Assembly (NCBI GenBank): GCA_963665325.3
Contig: CAXXWS020000002.1
Span: 608,001-672,000, forward strand
DNA length: 64,000 bases
Origin: Alphaproteobacteria bacterium
GTDB lineage: Bacteria > Pseudomonadota > Alphaproteobacteria > Bin95
Direction of reading: 5' to 3'
Under the pieces are notes generated by a model. That model saw only the letters and a program-made list of their open reading frames with translations, did no database searches and was not told the DNA's origin. Below are positions 37,335 through 47,230 of the stretch, one piece after another. Numbering within the stretch: position 1 is the stretch's first letter; each line of letters starts with the position of its first letter. A program made the translations under genes and the position numbers.

Positions 37335-38093
37335 ATGATGCCGACCGTCCTGACCGAACGCGAAGGGCCGGTGCGCACCGTGCGCCTGAACCGCCCGGAG
37401 AAGCGCAACGCGCTCAACCGCGAAATGCTCGACGCCCTGCTCGACGTTTTCCGGGGCGAGCCGGACAGGGCCGAGCGGCTGACCGTGCTGCGCGCGGAGG
37501 GGCCGGTCTTCTGCGCCGGGATGGACCTCCGGGAGCGGGCCGGGACGCTGGATACGGAGAGCCCCATCGAGGCGGTTCTGGACGCGGTGCAGCATTATCC
37601 CCTGCCGGTGGTCGCGGTCGTGCATGGAGACGCGATTGCGGGCGGCAACGAACTTGCGCTGCATTGCGACCTGGTGGTGGCGGCGGAGAGCGCGCGATTC
37701 GGTATGTCGCTGGCCCAGATCGGGCTGGTGCCGACCTGGTTCCTCGCCAAGAAGATCGTGGAGACCGGCGGGCCCGTTGCCGCGCGCGAGATGCTGCTGC
37801 TAGGCGACTCGTTGCCGGCGGCGCGGATGCACGCGCTCGGCATGATCCACAAGGTCGCGCCCGACGCTGGGCTCGAAGCCGCGGTCGAGGCCGTCACCAC
37901 GCGGCTGGCCGCCAATGCGCCGCTGGCGATGAAGGCGATGAAGGCCGTCATGCTGCGGCAAATGGCCTTTCGCGATGCGGTCCCCCACGAAGACTTGCTG
38001 GGGATGTTGCGCACCGCACGCCTTTCGCGCGACGCGCAGGAAGGCATTGCCGCGCGGCTGGAGAAACGCCCGGCGAATTTCGCGGGGGAATAG
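37335..38093 (+). CDS. Enoyl-CoA hydratase/isomerase family protein
   Basis: LNRPEKRNAL, FCAGMDL, AIAGGNELALHCD. Confidence 0.92.
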   Translation: MMPTVLTEREGPVRTVRLNRPEKRNALNREMLDALLDVFRGEPDRAERLTVLRAEGPVFCAGMDLRERAGTLDTESPIEAVLDAVQHYPLPVVAVVHGDAIAGGNELALHCDLVVAAESARFGMSLAQIGLVPTWFLAKKIVETGGPVAAREMLLLGDSLPAARMHALGMIHKVAPDAGLEAAVEAVTTRLAANAPLAMKAMKAVMLRQMAFRDAVPHEDLLGMLRTARLSRDAQEGIAARLEKRPANFAGE

Positions 38094-38429
38094 ATGGCCG
38101 TTCGCTTGGACAAGCCATGGCGGCGGCTGGATGCGGCCGCCGTCGCTGCGCTCACCGGCCAGCTCGGCGTCTATCAGCTCTCCGACGACGGCGCGGCGGT
38201 CCGGGCTATCGTCAGGGTCGATGCGCGCTCGCTGTTCGGCCTGCGCGGCGAGCTCGGGCGCGAACTGGCGGAGCGCGGCGCGGGGCTGTTCTTCCGCCTG
38301 GAGGTCAACCACCAGCCGCGCACCCGCTGGTTGGAGCTGATGATGGTCCACCGGGCAGACCACGGATGCTTGCCGGAGTGGAACCCGCCGGAGGACAGCC
38401 AGGGCCTCGGACGCCTCAGCCCGGCCTGA
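38094..38429 (+). CDS. Hypothetical protein (possibly degenerate GIY-YIG-like fold)
   Basis: Abuts upstream stop; LGVYQL...SLFGLRGEL. Confidence 0.6.
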   Translation: MAVRLDKPWRRLDAAAVAALTGQLGVYQLSDDGAAVRAIVRVDARSLFGLRGELGRELAERGAGLFFRLEVNHQPRTRWLELMMVHRADHGCLPEWNPPEDSQGLGRLSPA

Positions 38430-38473
38430 TTGGCTTCGACCGGAAATTTCGGAATTGGGAAAGCAATAAGCTC

Positions 38474-39640
38474 ATGGACCTGTCTCTCAGTGACGAGCAA
38501 AAGCTGATCGTGGACCAGGTACGCCGGTTCGTCCGCGAGGAGATCGTGCCGCTGGAGGACGGCCTCGACCCCGATGCCGACAGCCTGCCGCCGGAAGACC
38601 ATGAGCGGCTCGCGGGCCGGGTGACGGAGATGGGCCTCTACGGCCTCGACATTCCTCCCGAATTCGGCGGTCCGGACGTGGATATCGTGACGCGCACCCT
38701 GCTTGCCATCGAGATGTCGCAGCACCGGGCGGGCCTCTATGCCCCCTGCTACAACGTGTTCGGCGGCGCGGGCCTGGCGCAGATGTTCGAGGCCAATGAC
38801 GACCAGAAGCAGCGCTTCCTGTTTCCGATGCTCAGGGGTGAGAAGAAGACCTTCTTCGGCCTGACGGAGCCCTCCGGCGGCTCGGACCCGGCCCGCGCGA
38901 TCCAGACCCGCGCCGTGCGCGACGGCGACGACTGGGTCATCGACGGCGCCAAGATGTTCATCTCCGGGGCCGACCGGGCGGATTTCGGCCTCGTCTTCGC
39001 CCGCACCGACCCGACAAAGGGGCGGGCCGGCGTCACCTGCTTTATCGTCGAGACCGACACGCCGGGCTTCCATGTGCGCCGCATCGTCCACACGCTGCGC
39101 GCTGCGCGCTACGCCACCGAGCTGCAATTCGAGGACATGCGGGTGCCGCACGCCAATGTGCTGGGCGAGGTGAACGGCGGCTTCGCCATCGCCAACGACC
39201 GCGTGTCGCGCCAGCGCATTCCGTACGCCGCGACCTGTATCGGCGTCGCGGTCAAGGCGCAGGAACTCGCCATCGAGTATGCCGGGCTGCGCGAGACTTT
39301 CGGCGACAAGCTGGCGCACCGCCAGGGCATCCAGTGGATGATCGTCGAGAACGAGATCGACATTCGCCAGGCGCTCTGGATCACGCTGGCGGCCGCCGAC
39401 AAGGCGCGGCGCGGCGAGCCCTTCCGCACCGACTCCGCGCTCGCCAAGATCGTGGCGACCGAGGCCTCGGGCCGGGTGGTGGACCGCGCGATGCAGATTC
39501 ACGGCGGCTACGGTGTCACCAAAGACCTGCCGTTCGAGCGCTGGTACCGGGAAATGCGCATCCGCCGCATCGGCGAAGGCCCGAACGAGGTCCAGCGCCA
39601 CATCGTCGCCCGAGACCTGTTCGGCAGCTCGCTGCGGTAG
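38474..39640 (+). CDS. Acyl-CoA dehydrogenase
   Basis: FGLTEPSGGSD, AMQIHGGYG, RIGEGPNEVQR. Start ATG 38474. Confidence 0.93.
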   Translation: MDLSLSDEQKLIVDQVRRFVREEIVPLEDGLDPDADSLPPEDHERLAGRVTEMGLYGLDIPPEFGGPDVDIVTRTLLAIEMSQHRAGLYAPCYNVFGGAGLAQMFEANDDQKQRFLFPMLRGEKKTFFGLTEPSGGSDPARAIQTRAVRDGDDWVIDGAKMFISGADRADFGLVFARTDPTKGRAGVTCFIVETDTPGFHVRRIVHTLRAARYATELQFEDMRVPHANVLGEVNGGFAIANDRVSRQRIPYAATCIGVAVKAQELAIEYAGLRETFGDKLAHRQGIQWMIVENEIDIRQALWITLAAADKARRGEPFRTDSALAKIVATEASGRVVDRAMQIHGGYGVTKDLPFERWYREMRIRRIGEGPNEVQRHIVARDLFGSSLR

Positions 39641-39652
39641 GCGACGAGTGCC

Positions 39653-40114
39653 ATGGCAGATTACGGGAACCTGCCGGCGGGTCCGCTCGGCCGCTTCATC
39701 CGCGCCTTCTACCAAGCCCGGCGCGCGGCTGTCCGCGGAGGCGACCTCAGCCTGCTGGAGGGATTCGTCGCGCCCGATGTGCGCTGGAGCGAGCCGGAGG
39801 TGGGCGAGCACATGGGCGTTCTCCGTGGCCGGGATGCCGTCATCGACATGATCAGGCGAGCGCTCGACGCCACCGGAGGCAGTTTCGATCTCGCGGTTGC
39901 AGGCACTGTCGAGAGCGCGACGCATGTGTCGGCGCTGATCGACTGGTCGGCGGTCTCCGGCGGCCGGCGGATCGAGGGACGTGAGTTGGCTGTTTACGAG
40001 GTTCGCGGCGGCCTCATTACGGCGGCCTGGTTCCACCCGGAAAATATCGGCGACGACCGGGCGTTCTGGGGAGAAGGCCGTTTCGACGAGCCCGGCTTCA
40101 CACGGCCCGCGTGA
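39653..40114 (+). CDS. SnoaL/NTF2-like protein
   Basis: APDVRWSEP, GVLRGRDAV, YEVRGGLITAAW. Confidence 0.8.
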   Translation: MADYGNLPAGPLGRFIRAFYQARRAAVRGGDLSLLEGFVAPDVRWSEPEVGEHMGVLRGRDAVIDMIRRALDATGGSFDLAVAGTVESATHVSALIDWSAVSGGRRIEGRELAVYEVRGGLITAAWFHPENIGDDRAFWGEGRFDEPGFTRPA

Positions 40115-40802
40115 TCCCGCCATCGACGCGGATATTCTGGCCGGTGATATAGCCCGCTCCCTCCGACGCGAGGAACGAGATCGTCGCCGAGACTTCGTCC
40201 ACGGAGCCGTAACGGTCCATGGGTATGCGGTCCTTGAACTCCTGCCTTTCGGGAAGGCTGTCGATGAAGCCCGGCAGCACATTGTTCATGCGGATGTTCT
40301 CGGATGCGTAACGGTCCGAAAAGAGCTTGGCCCAGGCGGCCAGTCCGGCGCGGAAGACGCCAGACGTCGGGAAGGTCGGATCGGGCTCGAAAGCGGCGAA
40401 GGTCGAGATGTTGACGATCGAACCGCTCTTCTGCTGCTGCATGATGGGGGTGACGAGGCGTGTAGGACGCACGGCGGACAGGAAATAGACCTCCATACCG
40501 GTGTGCCAGTCTTCATCCGTGATATCCATGATCGGGCCGCGAGGGCCGTGGCCGGCGCTGTTGACGAGGACATCAATACGCCCCCATCGCTCCATCGCAA
40601 GATCGACCAGTTGCTTCAGGTCCTCATTCGACCTGTTGGAGCCTGTGATGCCGACCCCGCCCAGTTCGTTGGCGAGGGCTTCACCCTTCCCCGAGGACGA
40701 GAGCACGGCGATCCCGAAGCCATCCGCCGCGAGCCGGCGAGCGGCGCCGGCGCCCATTCCACTGCCGCCGGCCGAAATCAGGGCCACCCGTTCCGCTGTC
40801 AT
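40098..40802 (-). CDS. SDR family oxidoreductase
   Basis: AGGSGMG, LVNSAG, NVLPGFIDS, ITGQNIRVDGG. Confidence 0.92.
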   Translation of the reverse strand: MTAERVALISAGGSGMGAGAARRLAADGFGIAVLSSSGKGEALANELGGVGITGSNRSNEDLKQLVDLAMERWGRIDVLVNSAGHGPRGPIMDITDEDWHTGMEVYFLSAVRPTRLVTPIMQQQKSGSIVNISTFAAFEPDPTFPTSGVFRAGLAAWAKLFSDRYASENIRMNNVLPGFIDSLPERQEFKDRIPMDRYGSVDEVSATISFLASEGAGYITGQNIRVDGGITRAV

Positions 40803-40936
40803 TGCGCCCGTTCCCCTTTGCTTTTGCGGCGGCCGGGATAGGTGGTGCGGGGGAGGCTGTCAAACGGCTGCGCGCCGGCAGCAGGCGCCATTTTCCGCGC
40901 AGCCCATCGGGCCTGCCGGAAATGCAGGAATCGGGA

Positions 40937-41377
40937 CTAACCGAGGGAAAAATAGCGGGCCAGCGCGGGAGGCATTTCGTCCGTGTCGATCTGGAAGAGC
41001 TCCAGCAGCACGCCGTCCGGGGCCTCGCACATGATGTAGCGCCACGATCCGAACTCGCGGATGCCGGAGCGGAACGGCACGCCGAGCGCCGTCAATCGGC
41101 GGTGGAGCGCGGGCAGGTCGTCGGTCTGGATGCCGACATGATGCACGGCCCCGCCCGGCGCCCCCCGCGGCGGCTGGTCGTAGAGGTGGAGGCGGCCGCG
41201 CCCGACCTCCATGAACACATTGCGCGCCCCGCCGAACTCGCCGTCGAACGCGACCGCGCCCCCAAGCTTCTCCTGCCACCACGCGACCGTCGCATCGATG
41301 TCGGCCGCAAAGAGATGCACGTGATGCAGGTGCGCGGCGGGCCCGGGGTTTGCCGTAGAGAAGTTGCTGTTTGTCAT
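40937..41377 (-). CDS. VOC/glyoxalase family protein
   Basis: LHHVHL, VHHVGI, APDGVLLELF. Confidence 0.85.
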   Translation of the reverse strand: MTNSNFSTANPGPAAHLHHVHLFAADIDATVAWWQEKLGGAVAFDGEFGGARNVFMEVGRGRLHLYDQPPRGAPGGAVHHVGIQTDDLPALHRRLTALGVPFRSGIREFGSWRYIMCEAPDGVLLELFQIDTDEMPPALARYFSLG

Positions 41378-41937
41378 GCCGTTTCCGGTGCGCTCGCTTC
41401 CAGTCCCCATGCCGTCCAGCCGGGCGCATGCTCGCGGGAGAACAGTTCGATCCTGGACTGGGTGGGGAACATTGCCTCGATGCGCTGACGGACTTCCGCC
41501 GGCTTTTCCGAATGCGGGCCGCGCCCGGCGCTCACGAGCTGGCGGATGTTCCGGGCCCCCCGAGGTTGCGGAATCCTGCCCCGCTTGAACACGAGGCAGA
41601 GCTCGCACTGGCTCAGCGTGTAGAAGCCGGGATTGGTCTTCTGCTTGTCCCACACGAAGGCGACCGTGGCCCAGTTGAAGCCCCATGCCTTTCCGAGGTC
41701 AATGGCCTGGTCGAGATGCGGATTGGTGGCCCAGAGGAACAGCAGGCTGTTGGGCGCCGCGATGTTCGCGACCGGCAGCGACTTGAGGTCGTTCAGAGTG
41801 ACGGTGGGATAGTGGCGGACCGCGCCGCCCGAATCGCGGGATCCGGGCCCTGCATGCTGCAACTGGCCCTTATAGTCCCATGGCGGATCGGCATAGACGA
41901 TGTCGAAGACCCGCTTCGGGAGGTCCGGGAAAACCAA
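41374..41937 (-). CDS. MT-A70 family adenine methyltransferase
   Basis: IVYADPPW, LFLWATNP, HSEKP, RIELFSR. Confidence 0.9.
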   Translation of the reverse strand: MVFPDLPKRVFDIVYADPPWDYKGQLQHAGPGSRDSGGAVRHYPTVTLNDLKSLPVANIAAPNSLLFLWATNPHLDQAIDLGKAWGFNWATVAFVWDKQKTNPGFYTLSQCELCLVFKRGRIPQPRGARNIRQLVSAGRGPHSEKPAEVRQRIEAMFPTQSRIELFSREHAPGWTAWGLEASAPETA

Positions 41938-41969
41938 TCGGGCGCTCTCCTCCTGGATGCCCGCCCGGC

Positions 41970-42767
41970 TCAGGCGAAAAAGGCCTCGACCGCCTGCGCC
42001 ACCTCGGCGGGCCTGTCGAGCTCGGCAAGATGGCCGGCGCCGTCGATCGCTTGCAGCCGTGAGGGACCGCCGAGCTTCGCCGCGATCCGCTCGCCGTAGG
42101 AGCGCGGCAGGATGCGGTCTTCCGCGCCCCAGAGCAGCAGGGCCGGGGCGCGAACCCGCCCGAGGCGCTTCTCCAGCCCGCTATTGCCGAGCGGCCAGAA
42201 AACCCGCGCCGAAGCCTCCAGCGCGCGCGTCTGCTCGATCGGCCATTCGATGGAATTCGCGCCATCGGGCGGGGCCTTGAACGCGTTCCAGTTTTCGGGA
42301 TCGGCGCAGAGCATTCCCGGCAGTTCCGGCAGTCTTTGCGCCCAGGGGTCGGTCATCGGCTCCGCTTCGTCGAACAGGCCCCAGGGCGCGACCAGGGCCA
42401 GCCGGTCCACCTTGTGGGGCCAGAACGCGGCGATCTCCAGCGCGAATGACGCGCCGGGGCCGGAGCCGACGAGCAAGGTGTCGTTGCCCTCGAGGCCGCA
42501 GCCGTTCAGGAGGTCGCGGACCGCCAGCACCCAGTCCAGATGATCGACCAGCTTCGTGTGGCCGAGGCCGCCTGGATAGCCGGGGATGGAAGGCGCAACG
42601 ACTTCGTGGCTCTCCGCCAGACGGTCGAGGAAGGCCGGCCATTTGGGCAGGCCGCCGTGACCGGCCAGGAAGGCGAGCGGGCGGCCCGTCCCCTTCCGCC
42701 AGACGCGGCAGGGCTCGCCGTTGACATCCACATGGTCGATGGCGGGAGGCGGGGAAGCCATGTCCAT
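41970..42767 (-). CDS. Alpha/beta hydrolase fold protein, nucleophile elbow degenerate
   Basis: LVGSGPGA, LLWGAEDRI, GAGHL. Confidence 0.8.
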   Translation of the reverse strand: MDMASPPPAIDHVDVNGEPCRVWRKGTGRPLAFLAGHGGLPKWPAFLDRLAESHEVVAPSIPGYPGGLGHTKLVDHLDWVLAVRDLLNGCGLEGNDTLLVGSGPGASFALEIAAFWPHKVDRLALVAPWGLFDEAEPMTDPWAQRLPELPGMLCADPENWNAFKAPPDGANSIEWPIEQTRALEASARVFWPLGNSGLEKRLGRVRAPALLLWGAEDRILPRSYGERIAAKLGGPSRLQAIDGAGHLAELDRPAEVAQAVEAFFA

Positions 42768-42780
42768 ACCTGTCGCGCCC

Positions 42781-44055
42781 CTATTCCGCCGCCACGGCGC
42801 GGTGCGCGATGGGATCGGGTGCCGCCCGGTCGGCGGCGGACATCGGCGTCGGCCACCAGTGGTTCTCCCATTCGCTCCAAACGTCCTGGAGCTGCGGCAT
42901 CACCTGCTCGGCATAGAGCCGGGTGTTATAGTTCGCCAACTGCTTGTCCATATTGCCGAATTGCAGCAGCAGCATGAGCTGCCCGAAGCGCAGGTCGTGG
43001 ATTACATGGCGGAGTTTTTCGGCCACCTGGTCCGGCGTGCCGATGATGACATAGCCATTGTCCAGAATGGCGTCGAACTCGCGCGCCGACTTGCTGACCT
43101 GCAGCGCCTTGCGGTTCTGCAGCGCGGCGCTGGCGACCTGGCTCTGGATGCCGGCGCGCTGGGTCGCCTCGGTGGTGTAGCCCGGCGGTGCGGCGAAGCG
43201 CGGGTCGATGTGCAGGCAGCGCCCGTAGAAATACTCCGCCGGCTCGCGGTAGAGCTCATAGGCCTCCGCCTCGGTCTCGGCGACACCGACGAATTGCAGG
43301 AAGCCGGCGCGGTAGGGGTTCGGCTCCTTGCCGAGCCGCTTCATCTCCTCCCAGAAGCCCTGCATCGTCTGCAGGCCGGCCTTGTAGCCGAAATAGGAGA
43401 GGTAGCAGTACACATAGTCCATCTCGGCGCACCAGCGCCAGGTCTCGACCGACCCGCCGCCGGGGACCCAGACCGGCGGGTGGGGCTTCTGCACCGGGCG
43501 CGGCCAGATATTGATATAGCGCTGCTGGTTGAAGCGCCCGTTGAACGCGAAGGTGTCGGGTTCGGTCCAGGCGCGCATCACCAGGTCGTGGGCTTCCAGA
43601 TATCGCTCGCGCAGCAGGCTCGGGTTCTGGCCGTAGGCATAGCAGGTGTCCATCGGCGAGCCGACCGGAAAGCCGGCAATCAGGCGGCCGCCCGAGATGC
43701 AGTCGATCATCGCGAACTCTTCGGCCACGCGGGTCGGCGGGTTGTAGAGCGCGAGGCTGTTGCCCATGACGCAGAGCGCGGTGTCGGGGTTGGCGCGGCG
43801 CGCGAGCGCCGACGCGATCAGGTTGGGCGACGGCATCAGGCCGTAGCCGTTGGAGTGGTGCTCGTTGCAGCACACGGCGTCGAAGCCGACTTCCGCCGCA
43901 TACTCCATCTCGTCCATGAAGTCGTTGTACATGTAGTGGGCGCGCTCAGGATCGAACAGGCGCGAATGGATATCGACCCACACCGACGGGTTGTGCTCCC
44001 GGAAATCGTCCGGCAGCTCCGTATAGGGCATAAGGTGGAACCACAGATGCTTCAT
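42781..44055 (-). CDS. LLM-class flavin-dependent oxidoreductase
   Basis: NEHH, RVAEEFAMIDCISGGRL, WPRPVQKPHPP. Confidence 0.92.
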   Translation of the reverse strand: MKHLWFHLMPYTELPDDFREHNPSVWVDIHSRLFDPERAHYMYNDFMDEMEYAAEVGFDAVCCNEHHSNGYGLMPSPNLIASALARRANPDTALCVMGNSLALYNPPTRVAEEFAMIDCISGGRLIAGFPVGSPMDTCYAYGQNPSLLRERYLEAHDLVMRAWTEPDTFAFNGRFNQQRYINIWPRPVQKPHPPVWVPGGGSVETWRWCAEMDYVYCYLSYFGYKAGLQTMQGFWEEMKRLGKEPNPYRAGFLQFVGVAETEAEAYELYREPAEYFYGRCLHIDPRFAAPPGYTTEATQRAGIQSQVASAALQNRKALQVSKSAREFDAILDNGYVIIGTPDQVAEKLRHVIHDLRFGQLMLLLQFGNMDKQLANYNTRLYAEQVMPQLQDVWSEWENHWWPTPMSAADRAAPDPIAHRAVAAE

Positions 44056-44101
44056 GGGGCTTTCCCGCTTCCTTCTCGTCCGCAGCCGAGTATTGCCGCC
44101 G

Positions 44102-44133
44102 CCCCGCCCCGGTGCAAGCGCACCGGGGCGGGG
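44102..44133. terminator. GC-rich hairpin between dctM and the LLM gene
   Basis: CCCCGCCCCGGTGC-AAGC-GCACCGGGGCGGGG. Confidence 0.45.
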
Positions 44134-44153
44134 AAGGGCGAACGGTCAGCAGG

Positions 44154-45473
44154 TCAGCGGTCGAACAGGACGCTCGGCAGCCAGGTCGCGGTTCCGGGGA
44201 AGAAGAACACGATCATCAGGCCGATCACCTGTAGCATCATGAAGGCCGCCATGCCGCGGTAAATGTCCCCGAGCGACCACTGTGGCGCCACGGCACGCAA
44301 ATAATATGCAGCCATCGCAACGGGCGGCGACAGGAACGCCGTCTGCAGGTTGACGGCCACGAGCGTGCTGAACCAGACCAGGTCGAAGTTGAGCTTGTGC
44401 ACCACAGGCACGAAGACCGGGAGGAAGATGAACACCACCGCCGGCCATTCGAGCGGCCACCCGAGAATGAAGATGACCACCATCAGGATGGCAAGCAGGA
44501 ACAGCGGGTCCACGGGCAGCCCGAGCATGAAGTTGGTCAGCAGGTTGCCCGTGCCGAGCCGGGTGAACACCGCGCCGTAGATGTTCGAGGCGACGGCCAG
44601 GAACAGCACCAGGCTGGAAGTGGTGAGCGTTTGGCGGCAGGCGTCCAGCAGGATGCGCCAGGTCAGCCGACGATAGGCCACGGTCAGCAGCGTCGCGCCG
44701 AGCGCGCCCATGCCCGCTGCCTCCGTCGGCGTCGCGATGCCGACGATGATGCTGCCAAGGGCCGAGAACATGATGACGGCCAGCGGCACGATGCCCGAGA
44801 AGAATTCCCGGAAGATCTGGCCGATCGAGGTCGCGCGGTCTTCCGGCGGCAGCGGCGGTCCGAGTTCCGGGTTCAGGAAGGAACGGATCATCGCGTAGCC
44901 GATATAGAGGGCGGCCAGGATCAGGCCCGGAATGAGCGCGGCTGCGAACAGGTCGATCACCGAGACGCCGATGATGGGGCCCATGACCAGCAGCATGACG
45001 CTCGGCGGGATGAGGATGCCGAGGCAGCCGCCAGCGGCGATGACGCCTGCGGACATGCGCGGATCGTAGCCGGCGCGGGTCATGGCCGGCGCCGCCATCA
45101 TGCCCATCACGGTAATCGACGCACCGATGATGCCGGTCGCGGTCGCGAACAGGGTGGCGGTGCCCAGCACGCCCAGATAGAGCGACCCGCGCACCGGCGC
45201 CAGAATGAACTGGAATGATCGGAACAGCCGCGCCATCAACCCGGCGCGTTCCAGGATATGGCCCATGAAGATGAACAGCGGAGCCGCGGCGAGCTCGCCT
45301 GCCTTCATGATGCCCAGGGTCTGGAAGTACATCTGGTAGAAGACCGAATCGCCGAAGACGGCGTAGCCGAAACCGGTCGCCAGGATTATCAGCGTGAAGG
45401 CGATCGGGAAGCCGACGAAAATGCCTGCGATGAGCGAGCAAAGCAGGACCAGGCCGAGAATATCCGAGCTCAT
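44154..45473 (-). CDS. dctM: TRAP transporter large permease
   Basis: APLFIFMG, LGILIPPS, ATPTEAA, FLSPP. Confidence 0.92.
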   Translation of the reverse strand: MSSDILGLVLLCSLIAGIFVGFPIAFTLIILATGFGYAVFGDSVFYQMYFQTLGIMKAGELAAAPLFIFMGHILERAGLMARLFRSFQFILAPVRGSLYLGVLGTATLFATATGIIGASITVMGMMAAPAMTRAGYDPRMSAGVIAAGGCLGILIPPSVMLLVMGPIIGVSVIDLFAAALIPGLILAALYIGYAMIRSFLNPELGPPLPPEDRATSIGQIFREFFSGIVPLAVIMFSALGSIIVGIATPTEAAGMGALGATLLTVAYRRLTWRILLDACRQTLTTSSLVLFLAVASNIYGAVFTRLGTGNLLTNFMLGLPVDPLFLLAILMVVIFILGWPLEWPAVVFIFLPVFVPVVHKLNFDLVWFSTLVAVNLQTAFLSPPVAMAAYYLRAVAPQWSLGDIYRGMAAFMMLQVIGLMIVFFFPGTATWLPSVLFDR

Positions 45474-46036
45474 ACTTCGCTCCCGATCAATTCTGCATCC
45501 TCAAGGAGCGGCTTGTTCTCCACCATCGCGTAAATGCTCTTGCAGAGCTCCGAGACGCCCTGGAACAACAGCAGCGCCGCCGCGGCCGGGATCGTTGCCT
45601 TGAACGGCACGATCGACGGTCCCCACGGGGTGACGTCCGACCGTTCGGCGGTGTTGTAGGCGTGGAGCATCTCTTCCCAGCCGACGAAGAAGAAGAAGAT
45701 CATGCCGGGGAAGAAGGCGAGGATGTAGAGCGTCGTGTCGAGGGTCCCGCGGGTGCGGAACGACCAGTTGTTGTAGAAGATGTCGGTGCGGACATGGCCG
45801 CCCTTGAGCAGGGTGTATCCGGCGCCCAGCATGAAGAAGGCGCCGTAGAGCATGAAGGTGAGTTCGAAGGCCCAGTCGGTCGGCGCATTGAACACATAGC
45901 GCGAGATCACCTCAAAGCAGACGACGTAGAGCAGCGGTATCGCCAGGAACGCGATGATCCAGCCGCCGATCCAGTCCGACACGCCGTCGACAAAGCCAAC
46001 GATGCGCCGCATCCACTTCTCAATCGTTTCGTTCAT
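45470..46036 (-). CDS. dctQ: TRAP transporter small permease
   Basis: EVISRYVFNAPT.WAFE, GHVRTDIFY. Confidence 0.9.
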   Translation of the reverse strand: MNETIEKWMRRIVGFVDGVSDWIGGWIIAFLAIPLLYVVCFEVISRYVFNAPTDWAFELTFMLYGAFFMLGAGYTLLKGGHVRTDIFYNNWSFRTRGTLDTTLYILAFFPGMIFFFFVGWEEMLHAYNTAERSDVTPWGPSIVPFKATIPAAAALLLFQGVSELCKSIYAMVENKPLLEDAELIGSEV

Positions 46037-46086
46037 CGCAGCCTCGTTCCCTCTCGAGTTCGTTCGGGGGACATGCGCCGACGGCG

Positions 46087-47130
46087 CTACATCAGGAACA
46101 CGCCCTTGCCGGTCGTCTGGGTGTCGAACAGCTCGTAAGCCTCTACGGCCCGGTCGAGCGTGAATTCATGCGTGAACAAGGCATCCACATCGATCTTGCG
46201 CTCGGCGACGAAACGCGCGCACTCGGCCTGGCCGTTCTTAGAGAAGGTCCATGAGCCGACCACGGTCACCTGGCGGCGCAGCATGTCGTTCGACACATCG
46301 ATGGTGACATCGCCGCCCTCGCCGACGAAGCAGGCCGTGCCCCAGCTCCGCACGCAGCGCACGGCGTCGCGGCGCGCCTCGGAACTGGAGCTGCAATCGA
46401 GAGATTTCTGCGCGCCTTCGCCGCCGGTCAGGTCGCGGATCGCCTGGACGACATCGTTGGAGCGCGGATCGACGACCTCGTCGGCGCCGAATTGGCGCGC
46501 AAGCTCGCGGCGCTCCTCGCCGATGTCGAGTGCGATCACGCGCGCGCCCATTGCCTTGGCGAGTTGCGTGGCGCTCAGCCCGACCGGGCCCTGGCCGAAG
46601 ATCGCGATAGTTTCGTCGCCTGCCAGCGCGAGGCGTTTCAGCGCGCCGTAGGCCGTGCCGGTTCCGCAGGAAATCGCAGCTCCGGTCTTGTAGGAAAGTT
46701 CGTCCGGCAGCTTCACCAGCGTGTGCGCCGGCACCTTCATGTAGGCGGCATGCGCGCCATGCCCCGTCGCGCCGAAGACGGTGGTGCCGTCGAGGCACAT
46801 TTGCGACCAGCCCTGCCGGCAATGCTTGCACACGCCGCAGCCGTCATAGTGGTGGTCCATCACACGGTCGCCCACCCTGGCCAGCGCTTCCGGCACGCCT
46901 TCGCCGACTGCCGCCACGACGCCGCAGGGCTCGTGGCCGGCAATCACCGGGCCACCGGGCCCGACCATGCCGAGCGCTGCCGCGCCGCCCTTGACCCGGT
47001 ACATCTTGAGGTCGCTGCCGCACATGCCCGAAGCCTTGATCTCGATCACCGCCTCGCCGGGTCCGGGAACCGGATCGGGAAACTCCGTGAGCTCGAGTTG
47101 GCGGTCGCCGAGAAACACCACGGCCTTCAT
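46087..47130 (-). CDS. Zn-dependent alcohol dehydrogenase family protein
   Basis: GMCGSD, GHEPCG, CGVCKHC, GQGPVG. Start ATG 47130. Confidence 0.92.
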   Translation of the reverse strand: MKAVVFLGDRQLELTEFPDPVPGPGEAVIEIKASGMCGSDLKMYRVKGGAAALGMVGPGGPVIAGHEPCGVVAAVGEGVPEALARVGDRVMDHHYDGCGVCKHCRQGWSQMCLDGTTVFGATGHGAHAAYMKVPAHTLVKLPDELSYKTGAAISCGTGTAYGALKRLALAGDETIAIFGQGPVGLSATQLAKAMGARVIALDIGEERRELARQFGADEVVDPRSNDVVQAIRDLTGGEGAQKSLDCSSSSEARRDAVRCVRSWGTACFVGEGGDVTIDVSNDMLRRQVTVVGSWTFSKNGQAECARFVAERKIDVDALFTHEFTLDRAVEAYELFDTQTTGKGVFLM

Positions 47131-47230
47131 GCGCCTGCCTCCATGCGGAATCGTCTGCGTGTCCGGGCCGGACAAAGCCGCCTGCCTCCCGCATGGAGCG
47201 GAAGGCAGGCAGCCCGTCAGGCCGTTGCCG

